64,000 bases of DNA from the NCBI GenBank assembly GCA_977030845.1, contig OZ365110.1, positions 17,484,001 through 17,548,000 on the forward strand, read 5' to 3'. This document shows positions 10,707 through 22,700 of this stretch, one piece after another. Below the pieces are notes generated by a model that saw only the letters and a list, made by a program, of their open reading frames with translations, was not told where the DNA came from and ran no database searches. The stretch comes from Fimbriosthenelais zetlandica (lineage: Eukaryota). Position numbers and translations under genes: made by a program. The first letter of the stretch is position 1. Each line of letters opens with the position of its first letter.

Positions 10707-13700
10707 GTAAGTACCCAATTGAAAAAAGTTTTTCTTTCCAATCTCTATATACTTACCCTTCATTATTGGAGGCAATATGTGTGTTTGACTGGGGTGTAAA
10801 ACTTATTTTTAATCTAATGTATTAGTGGGAAAGGGGTGGAGAATGGGGTCGAGAAAAACGAGGATGAAGCCACGTGGAAGCCATTCTTGAAGCCATGTGG
10901 GAGGTCACTTTTATTTTTCAGGTGATAGCCATATTACCGGCGTGTGCATGAACAGATTGCAACCTTACATATCTTCATCAGGGGTGGCCTGCCCTGGATG
11001 CCAGTAATAGATCATAAAATATACATATTATGGACACAAGAGCTATATTTTAGGGCTAATCATATATCTTCGAGTAATTTTAGTATTTGCAGATTCTGTT
11101 TATATCCATTTTATATAGACCACTCATAATTTAATAAGGGCCACTGTTATTGTATGCAGTACACTTCATTAAGCTGACAGATGTATATTTTCAAGTGCAT
11201 CTTTATTCAAAATTTACTCTCTAAAGTTGCATTAGCATTAGTCCTCTCACTTGAGATCAATAACTGTCTCTATAAAAATAACAGCCAAGGGTTCAAGAGT
11301 TCATATTTCTGTGAGTTGGTCTTGCTAAAACATTTAATTTTCCCAGACTGTCATAAGTGACAGAGGAACACATTCTGGCTCGCCACAACGCGTGACTTGG
11401 TCACACTGTTATCAGAAAGATTCAAACAGAACCCGTGATAATCCTGAAAGGGGGATGTGCTAACATTGAGTGATGCATAGACTGGCACTGGTCTCCTAGC
11501 ATATAAAGTTTGTGTTAAGTTTAGGCTAGAAATCCGAGACTTGGGCATGTCTATAATGATGCCTTGGGTCCAGCTGTATGGATCATGACAGTGGCTGACA
11601 TAAGATGACTTACAGGCTGAACCCGAGTGTCAATCACTCTTAAATGAAACTCAGAGCTGGCTTGATCAGCTGCCCAATATGATGGCCTCAACCACATGAT
11701 CCTGAGAAAAGCTTCCGCCACCTTTAGCCCCTGGATAATAAGGCTGTGCTATATATACCATAACTCTAGTCCATTCTATGGTCAGAGACCTTTGAAGATA
11801 GGTGATTGGCTCCCCCTTTAAATCACCTTAAATCATTTCACTGGGCCAGAGAACTTTCTTTCCCATGCAGGTCACTTTCAATTCTGCCGAGGGAATGGGT
11901 GGATGGAAAGGGGAAGATTTATGGCTCGTGGAGTGCAACATTTAAGTTCCCAGCCTCTAAAAACACATGTTTAGAGGTAACATGACGGCAATCAGAGAGC
12001 AGACATGTAAAGATAAGTTGTGTCCTTCACCACCACCTCTCAGGCCCGGGTTTCCCCGAGTAAAGATCCCAGGATCAAATATCTGCCAAAACTGCTTCAC
12101 TGCTCACAAAAAAACAATCAATTACCCGATTTCGGCCGATGAAACCCATATGATGTGAAAAATCAAGCTTAATACAAAGGGACTTATAGCCCTGCTCTGG
12201 TTTATATGAGAACCGTTGGGCTTCAGATAATTTATGGAGGTTAGTACATGGTCCTTTGGATCAGGGCCTCTTCAATCGAAGGGAATAGCATTTGGATTTG
12301 CATTTTCGAAAAAAATATAGATATGGATCTTGTGTCTAAATCCTAAATTACGGACTTGGAGACGTAAAGAAACATAGATTTTAATATAAGAGTATTCTTT
12401 CTACAATCAAGTAATGTTGTGGATTAGACTCTATAGACTCCCGTCTTGATGTGTATTTTGTTCAGTATAGACTCAAATAATTGAATTTAAGTAAAAATCT
12501 TAAAAAATCTTCGTGAGAACGAAATAGTGGAGCCCAAGTGGAGAGATCACAGTACTGCTTGGTGATGGGAGGAATGGTGTGTATTGGTGGAGAAAGGGAT
12601 CCGATACCACTGACGACAGGTCAAGATGGACCTACCCACTGCCCTCTCAAGGTTATAACAATACCAAGCAAGGAGGGGTCAGTACAGTGGTCAGTCACTC
12701 GATCCCGTTGACCAGCTGTAGAGGTCAGAGACAGGCTAGGAGAAGGTCAAGTTGGATCTTGGCTTATCGATGGAGAGTGGCGACAAGGCCGCCTTAGCGG
12801 CAGTATCTTGTTATGTAAGCCAGCAGGGGGTTAACATATGTCACTATGATCATATATCTAGTCAGGGATTGTACTGTGTATATTTCAGTTCTTCTTCGTT
12901 TTCACAATGCCCCCAGGCTAAGCAGTTTCACCAGGTTTGTACTCGGGCCATCCCACGCCCAGAAAACAATCAATCTAGTGGCAACAACTGAAATATTGCA
13001 CCCTGTTATCTTCTCACTAATATAGATCCGATAATCCCCTGTTTTCTTATGCTATATATTTACGGTGTTAGATTCTAACTTTTATCAATTCTGGCAAAAG
13101 AATTCCTTCAATGAAGATTCGGGAACCCATTTTCCAATATCAACTTCAATAGAAGATGTGATGGTTCTTGGAGTCCGATAGACTCTTGAATGATTCACTA
13201 GCACATCAGAACCCGATAGACTTTTATAACAGAGACAACTGAATTAGAATGCTTGCCTATGAATTCACAACAAACAGATGCTTGATATGGTCGATGTGTG
13301 AGCAGCACAACGCAAAACCAAAGATCGCATAGTCATTTTTTGGGTCTGGCCAATATAAACCAGCGAGGTGGCAATCAGAAACAAGAGCCTTTATAGGTTG
13401 GATGGATCATCCACTTATGTAAGCCCTAATCCCGTGTTATCAGCTAGGGATTAAGAGATCCCCGCTGCAGCTCTAACGGTTTTTGAGCTGCTCGAGCAGC
13501 TCGGGTCTCAGTCAGTGTTGATTATGGGATGGAGTGTCCACAAACACAGAGTTCACTACCCTTTATACCCACCGCAATTCACAAACTTCTCATAGTCCTG
13601 ATTATTAACGTTAAGCAATATGATAGACTGAGGTCTGAAATAAAGACAGTAATGAGTAATCTCAGGAATGAAATGAGAGCTGCCTCGAGAAAATGGACCT

Positions 13701-16700
13701 ACACACTGGCATGTCTCAGGTATGTTTAATTAATATTTTTTCTCCAGTAACCGAAGTTAAAAACAACCCACACTGTCAAAACAGGTGTTCATAACATGTG
13801 AGAGCCGAGTAACATTAACACAAATAACGGCGCTGATATAGTATCCCAAATAGACTTCGGCAACATGGTGGTTACAATTTATGTGGAAAATATTACTGGA
13901 CTGAAAATGAACCTCGCATATATCATATTATATAGAGAGACTGGGAACAGTGCCTGGACAGAGCACCTGACCAGGGGCATTGAGTGCAGTGTTGGAAAAA
14001 GGGCCTTTTTTATACAAGGTCCTGATTTATTAGATGTATTTTTCTGACACTATTTCCCCCTATCTTCCCTGGTCTTCCTCCCCACAAGTCCACCCACCCC
14101 CAGCTCATCCAGTAGTAAAGTAGCATAGAGTGTTGTATGTGTGGACAAGTGACGGATCATCCCCATCCCCACCACTGACACTCTGCTCAGCATGGGCCAT
14201 ATAGTGGTGGGTGGGATGCAGATGGGTGGGTAGCATGGGTGGGTTTATATGGAAAAAAAGCCTAGAGCAGTGATGGCATTCAGATTGCAGCAAATGGGAC
14301 ATCAAACAGCTCAAATCTGACCAATATGTATGGGCGTGCACTCGTTCCAAGCCCAACATGCACCATGATATGGGGCATTAAACTAGGGATCATGTTCTGC
14401 ACTTGCAAACCTTTTTTCCCCTCTCTCACTGTATTCCAGTGCATTGATGATATATTTTATATCTATTCGCCTTTTCACACCATTTGCTTTTACCGCTCTG
14501 TACAGCCGAACGAATCATTGTAAATGGTGGTTGTAATTGTGGGGGAATGGTGGCTGCAGTGCTGCCTTCCTGCCATTTTCTCCTCTGTCTGATCGATTGT
14601 ACACGATGCTACACAACAGTAATACAAGGGGAAAGATGTACTGAAATATAGAGCTTATCCCTGCCATGAATCCTATTAGAGGGGAAATACAATAGGACTG
14701 CTTTAGAGGACGAGTTCCCAGTAGCAGTTTCAGCACAGCTAATTATGAAATAACCAATATGCAAGCGTTCTGACAAGTCCTAACCCACACAAAGCCTTTT
14801 GTATATAATTGGACTGCATCTGTCTCATCCAGTTAGATTCTACTAATGATGGCTGATCAACTGATCATCAGACCAAAGAAATAAAAAAAAATAGGTGAAA
14901 ATTTCTTTCCCCCAACCCCAACCCCTACTCAACAGCCGAGGATATACACCGACTGATACGGTTACCTAAATCAGCCACACTGACCTCTGGCGATATTCCA
15001 GGTTTCCCATCTACTGACCTTGAAAGAGGATCCTTCAAGGTCAACTTTCTTCCGACCTCAGGATCTCAGGGAAAGGGGGATGGAGGGAGGGCGGAAGAGA
15101 GTTAAGTTTTGCCTCTTGTCAAGATAGCATTTTCCGATGTGTTAGATAAGTGATGTGACTATGTAGAGCTGCTCTTTAACCTTGTCCGAGGCACTCTGAA
15201 ATAAATGTCATGATGTATGTAAACAAGTGGCAAGCCCGAGTACACATTGACTCAGCTGACTGGATGAGGTATGAGATGCTAATAAACATTACAGGAGGGG
15301 GTGTGTCTATTGTGTCTTGTCTATATGGACATACACTTCCAACTGTGCATGGATCTATAACTTGATATATCTAAAGTCATTCAGATATCAATTCAGATTT
15401 GATTGGGCGTTATAAATCAATTCACCGGGGATCACCAAAAATAATATCAGCTCATTATTTCAAGCTGTAATAGAATGCAAATTACACATAAAACTAAATG
15501 CTAAATAACTAAGGCATAATATTTATTCTCATATTTTTTCAAAGATTTTTCGCAGTGGTGTATTTTATGAAATGTATGACACTTAAAATGCCTTCAGATC
15601 AGATATGTTGTATAGAGACGAAGGGGGTAGTAGTGGAAAAAACAGTAATGGCAGTGATTCTAGTCTGGCCGTGAGACCCCCTGGCTTTGACTTTACCATA
15701 TGCTATAATGATCTATATGACGTCGTATCTTAGCCCCGACAATTTTATTGCACCGTCTGGTTCTGCTTCCCCAATGTGTAACTTCTCATGCGGCTAGATG
15801 TTTGGAAAAAGGGGTTAAGAGTGGCACTGACCATGAATTTAAACTGGCTTGAATTCCAGTAAACCACACTCGAAACATAAAAAGAACCCTTCATATAAGT
15901 GTCTCCATGGCTATTTTCTAGAAGGTAACTCACATTCAATTGAGACTGCACATGAGGAAGTATGCAAAATGTGTTGAGTGTCGGAATCGATTTGCTTCAA
16001 TATACATCTGTGTTTTTATGATTAATTCTTTTAATTCAAAATTTGAATTTTCTTTGCTGTTTTGCAAAGCTACATCTACAAAGCTACATCTCAGGGTTAT
16101 GGCCCTATCAGTAATATATAGAGCCAGGGATGTTGGATTGGATCCCTCCGAGGAAGAGGCTTGAGGTAGGGAAGTATTATACATGTACATCCCGGGGCCT
16201 AAGGGATTAAAGAAAGAGGGTTCCCTATTAAAAATATCCCCTTGATTCATGGCAGTTGAGATGAGATGTGAGGCCCGGCAGACGGCGGGAAACTCGATCA
16301 GGGTGCACTGAGATGTGGAGTAGACTGAGAGGTGAAAAAAAGTTTAAATCATATTAAAAGAAAGGAAGGAGGGAAAAAATGAGGATATTTGGTCTGGCGA
16401 GGTGAGTTTCAGCTGTGCTGTGAGTCACACCCCTGTGTAAATTGGTCTCCAGATTTGTCTGATCTTAAATGTTGTGCCTGGAACAGGAAGGCCCTGTCCA
16501 ACCAGGAAGGCATGCAAAGTAAGGAAAATGTGAAAAATTTCTGTGAAACTATTGGTCGAATAACCTAATTGATTAGTGTGTATTTTTGTGTTAAAACATG
16601 GGATCTTATCTATTAAAGCATAACTGATAAGATTTTTTCATTAATTGTCAGATTTTTTCATTAATTTGCTTAGCTTGATTAGAACCATACATAATAGAGA

Positions 16701-19700
16701 TTTTTATTATATTTGACTGCCACTGTACAATATTTCACTGAAGCCGACATTTTCGTGGTAAGACGAAAAGGCAGCCCTGAATACCAACCCTAGGTTAGTT
16801 CATCCTTTCCCCTGTGGTGGCAGCATCTTATAGTGCCTCATTTCCTCACCCAGAAGTCTTATCCGATAAACGGCTCTTTTATGACAGAGTGCAGACTCTT
16901 ACCTTTCTGAACTCAAAAAATAAAGTGCAGGAAATCGGCGAGGCCGGTGTTATGTCCGTTCTCGGAGGTCCCTCTACATTCCTTAGTATAAAAAAAACAT
17001 ACTAGTTTAATCAATAGGAACGCAGATGCACTAAGGTGCTGCTAATTTAATTAGATCTACGGATTAAATAATGCTCAACTTTGATTCTCAATTGTTGATT
17101 GTTTGTGAAAATCAATAGAGGTGGTTCATGTGAGTTATTATATAGAAATTTATCATATCACTGTTGCACCGGAGTATGGCTGACCTTCCCGAGCATCCTG
17201 TTGTACTGGTTCATGTTTATCAGCAAACATCAAAGCAAAGTTCATGTTCCCTCATGGTCAGTACAGTTTCCGTGAATGATTCACTACGTGAAGTACTTCA
17301 ATATACTGTACTAAATTACTTTTCATGTATATAATGCATAGATTTTAAAAGTATGCTGAATATTGGTTAAAAAATCAAATAAATCTATTGAGAAAATGGA
17401 GAATACTAAATGTATATGACAGGAAAGTCATTACCTCATAAAATTACAGGAACATGTTGTTGTCAGGATAGGCTCCCAAAATATAACGACTCGCATTTAT
17501 CCTTTCTTCCTAAACACCAGCCGAGACCATTTGGTTAATACTTGAGATCCTAAGGTGATACCTTGTTAATCTTACTGGTGACATTAAGCACCTGGGCGGA
17601 GACTTTGGTGTGATTGGGAGCAGTGGATGTGGCAGGCTTTTGAAGAGTGTCAAATACCACATCAGAGGATCCAATTAAAGTGTGTCCATTTGGGAGCTGA
17701 CCACATCAGAGGCCATGTTAACGGGGTATATGACCCAGGCAGGTAGGATCAAAGGCATCCAAAGGATCCAGTGTTTACTGGTATGGATTAAGTGTATAAT
17801 ATCCAACATTTTACATTTTGTGGTCAGTTAAACTATATATAAATTCCTTATAAACAATGATAATGGATATATTGGATAATGTTCATCGAATCTATATAGA
17901 AAAGTAAGCTTTCAACCATCGGCCCAATGTCATTTCATAATCTTCAAAAACATAAGATGTGAATTACCTATAGACGAATTGGACTTAGAAGAAGATTGCC
18001 TCATAGACACTGTGCCATTAATACCTGTCTGTATCGAGGGAACAGGATAATGCTTTTGATTGTCCTGACAGAAAACGTATGAGTGATCATCTGTATTTAC
18101 AATTATAGGATGATTAATGAGCTTGGCATTATTCCATCTCTATCCCCATTCCCTCTTGATGAAAGTAGGTCGCTCACCCTGGAGGTTTTACCTGACCTAA
18201 TGAACTGTATCTAAATTAAACCGATTGGTGTGTACCGCTGGTGAGTACATTGTCATAAGTACAGTGGGTTAACCTAGTGGGCCAGGTGGAGGAGGGATTA
18301 AGGAGTCAGGTGGGGTCAGGTATGAAGGATCCAACAGTGTACTTGAGGATCAAAACCAGGTGAGAGGAGATGATGAAGAGGGGGAAAAGACTGATTCCGG
18401 TCCTGTATAACAGGTCCACCGCCACAGACAGATAATAAAGTAATCAATCATAAACCTATTTCCAGCACCTTTATCGTATAATATTCATGTTATACAGAAT
18501 ATATAAATATTTTATAATTTAATGAGCCAATGGCAGCAGATAAGCATAGTGTTGCAAAGAAGGTTAGTATTTTTGGAAATGTTACCCCACAATTAAATGA
18601 AAATATTATGATTAAATCTTGACGACACTTGTGAGAGATTTTAACAAATTACTTGATTCATCATAAAAAAATGTTTCTGACATGGATGTTAGGGTTCGTT
18701 CGGGTATACAGGAATCACGCTGTGGACTTTAGGGTACATAGAGACGAGTCTAGGTTATTCAGGTGATGGGTGTATGGCAAGTCTGGCTCTATATAGAAGA
18801 CACCTTATGTTCGGGTTAGAAATGGTGCTAATCCAGCTAAGTTTATCTGTTTGAATGTTTGCAGGTTAAGGCCCCCTGAACAAGCTTCTGAGTAGGCGTT
18901 AGCTTAAAGATTTAGCCAGAAAATGAGGCGCCCTAGTTGACCTGACCAGGCCAATGTTAGAGAGGATGTAGGAAGAGACCTTGAGAATTTCCGCTTATAA
19001 AATTCTCATGAAGCGCAAGGGATTTGGGGGAAAGATCTGAATAGAAAACAAATCATATTTGTCATACATAATTTACATCTTTAGGGCAAATAAACACTGC
19101 ACTTGCAGTGGCCATGGACGTAAATATATTAGAAGTGACTAAAATTTATTGTATACTTAATAGATAACATACATTTGTTATAATTTTTTTAAATACTGTT
19201 CTAAATTATCATTTATTCTACATTATCTCATATCATATCACATCTTGGTGACAACTACAATGATGCCTAAAATATCGTTAAAATAAAAAAAAGCTTTAAA
19301 TATTAAGTAATTATCTAACTCAAATTGATATCAAAATACCATATGAAACGTAATAATGCCACGCACTATGGTACTATAGATAAATTAGACATGTATCTGC
19401 AGTAAGGCGTGGTTCAAGTGGTAATAGATCGGTTTACATTATATCAGTTTTTAGAACTGATATCCTACATTGACTCCCTACTTGGAAACACACTGATCTC
19501 CCTTGTATACTTAGTTTACATAGAAGGACTGAAACCAACACAAATGCCACAAAACCCTACATAGACCAACGAGTATAGAAAGGACTTCTTTCTATACTCG
19601 TTGCATAGACCTACAAGTGAGTGTCTCATGTAGTATAGAATGGATATTATGTTTATGTATACCAGTCATATATGGTTTTGCTACACCGATCATTTAATGT

Positions 19701-22700
19701 AATGCTATATTAAGTTATTAATCAAAGTATCCCTAGAGGAGTTCGGGGTTCGTTTCAAAAGGCTAATTTGTGTTAGCACATTGGTTTATTATTGGAGAAT
19801 AATGGAGTAATTTGATTCCGAAATGACCTCTGCAGGTCCAGGCCAGAAACCCATAGGATTTGGTGGAAGGTATGAAAAAATAATTATTCTCGAGGCTTTA
19901 GTGTGGACTGAGAAGATGGTTTAGTTTTGCGGTTGGATGGAAAAAATGATAACCATACAAGAACCACTTGGCTTTGACATGGTAGACACTCTGTACTCAA
20001 TATGAAGGGTGTGGATTATACATACATGAGAAAAATAACCAACTCCCAGATTAATTCTTTTCTATAGAGACCTAAATATAGCCCCGAGCGAGTTTACATA
20101 GGGGGAGGTATAGAACATACGTCTCTCCATATTTCTCAGTAATATTTCTATTGGCGTGGGTGGAATTATTTATCTGCCTATGTTAAAATATACATCTATC
20201 TGCATTTCTTGCAAAGTTACCAGAAAGCGTGGACAAGCGCACATTAGTGTGTGCTTTTTCCATCTCAATCTCCCTGCGTGTCCTATCATTGCCCGTTATG
20301 AATACTTATTGTTACACTACCCTAGATATTCCTATCCCTTTACCTCTACCAATGTTTGTATACCCAAGCCTCTGTATTCATATAGATTTCTATATGTGTT
20401 TTTATGTTTATTTTACGAAGTACACTCTAATATCTACGTCGATACCGTGCAGTATATTAAGGTTACTGGATTTGTCCAGGGTCAACACTGAGGTTGGGGA
20501 AGTGATACTTCTCATTCTTATTTTCCCATTCACATTGCCGGTAATTCTTTTCCAATAATAACAGTTTGTTGCTGATTTGTAGATACAATATGAAACGTCA
20601 TAAATAAACCAGTGCTGCAGGCATGGGTGGATGGAATCATCTGCACCGATTCCAGGGTCTTTATGTATAATAAGTCAGAATAATAATCATGGATAGGATC
20701 TGTATTATCTGATTTATTTAAACTAATTAATAAGATATATGTTTCTATGGAAACTTATGACCTAAGCACACTATTGAATAGCTATCTGTGAGTCAGATTA
20801 GGAAGGAAACCGTCCTGCTGTGATCGCTACAGTCTCCGGAAATTAAAAACCTATTTGCTGTTGTTGAAGGGTGGTTCAAGACAAAAGCATTGTTGATAGT
20901 GCTTATCAGATTGGATAATCAAAACATACCATCCCGAGCCTTGACATTCCATTAGGTAAGATAAACAGGGATCCAACAGACGGCTTCGGCCAACGATTCA
21001 CGGGCAAACATGGCCTGCTTGTTTTCTGCTCTGGAACCCTTGATGTAGGTTCTTATGTTCAGGGGCTGGGGGTTTGTCTTTTTTCTCTGGTGTCGGAGGC
21101 TGGGGTTGTCTCCCACCCAGGAACCCTTGCATTTACTGGTATATATACATTATACAGCATATAGCATGGGGCGTGTAGCTTCATGGGACATGAATGATAT
21201 ACATGTGTCAGATTCACATCTGGTTTGCTGGTGGTCTCGGGGGTTGATACCAAAAGCTAGTAACATTAACTCCTTACTGACACTCGTCTAGATATGCATC
21301 TATATCTATGTTTATGGATGATGGATGTATGATAAAACACAGCTCTGTTATCCTTATGTATAACAAACACACACTTGCCCAATCCACAAACATGCATATG
21401 TTGGATTTAATGACAAGGCTTTCATCTACAAGCTGTATGGAAAGGGCCATTTATGTTAATAAAATTGAAGACCTCCAGTGTAGTCTGGGGACTAGGAGGG
21501 GGAGGGGAGGACTCCAGGGAGAAATAGGTCTGTCACTTTGGTCTGGATTGATGGGATAGGGTCACTAAGGGTCAGTGGAGGTCAGGATGTGCTGATCCAG
21601 TGTCCACGTGGGTTTGGGGACATCCTTGGTGGATGGGTGGGTGGGGGTGTCTGCTGGTGGCCAAGGGTGGGGGTTGTGGAATACGCAAGATGACATGCAA
21701 ATGTGCCTCCACATGATGCACTGTCAAAACTATACAACCAGAATCTCAATTATAGACCTCCTCAATATTTTCTCAATTCGAACCTGGAATAATTTTGGAA
21801 GGATATACAAGTATCTGTAGTGGAAATTGGAAACCTCTCTCTGACTTTAAATCAATCAAATATTAAAGGGACAAGGGCATGATTTATAATGCATCTTGCC
21901 TGTTTAGTGTTTTGAAGATCCCGAGTCCTAATGAGAGGCTCTTTGTAAGAGCAAAACCCACATATATACATATATAGCTCGGGGGCTGGAGAGATTGTTC
22001 CGTTTTTATCTTCTCAATCTTTCATGGCTATCACACAGCATGTTATCGTGCTGCTTTTCCATTCACTGTCGGCAGCGCGGCGAGCGATTGCTTTTGTAAA
22101 TAGGAACATCAATTATCCCTTCACCAGCCTCATGTGCTGTGAGTCTTTTTCAAAGCTGGCATTTTCTCACCGGGGTCCTGAACAATCAAACCTCTGTGGT
22201 GTTGACTGACGCCAGGGCCCACAATGAGCCCGGGGCTATGGTATCGGGTATAGTCTCGATAATCTCTGGCTAAAAGTTGATCCTTCCAACTACTTAAGGA
22301 AACGGAATACCGGCAATATCACGATGGATCCTTGTATGAGGACCCAGGCCTTTCCGAATGGGGATATCCTATAAGCGAATGGACGCGCCCAATAGCTAAT
22401 TTTTCATAAACACTACTGGAGTCATTTTATATGGGTAAAGACTATACTTGACATGTATTGAATATATATCAAATATAAGATATTGATATATCACATGAAC
22501 AATTGATATATCATTGAAAAACCACATGTATATATTTCATAGCCTGAGGGCACTGAAGGTCAAAGAATATTAAAGTTGTTGCGAACCTAACATTTTACTC
22601 ATATTGAGATTTGCAGCTCTCAGGTCTTATTATGGGATATATCCTCAGATGGCAAGATATGGGAAATTTAAAGTTGTTCTCCTAATTAGCACTGACAAAT

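Noticed and set aside
11345-11375. VISDRGTH resembling an LTR integrase core motif
   Set aside because: Downstream integrase motifs (HPQ-x-NG, E) are absent.
17590-17650. GVIGSSGCGR as a degenerate Walker A (similarly WVYGKSGS at about 18770)
   Set aside because: Catalytic GK(S/T) is missing and no Walker B follows.
19410-19470. Resemblance to U2 snRNA stem IIa (TATCAG…CTGATA)
   Set aside because: No branch-point recognition sequence, 5' stem or Sm site; only a short hairpin.
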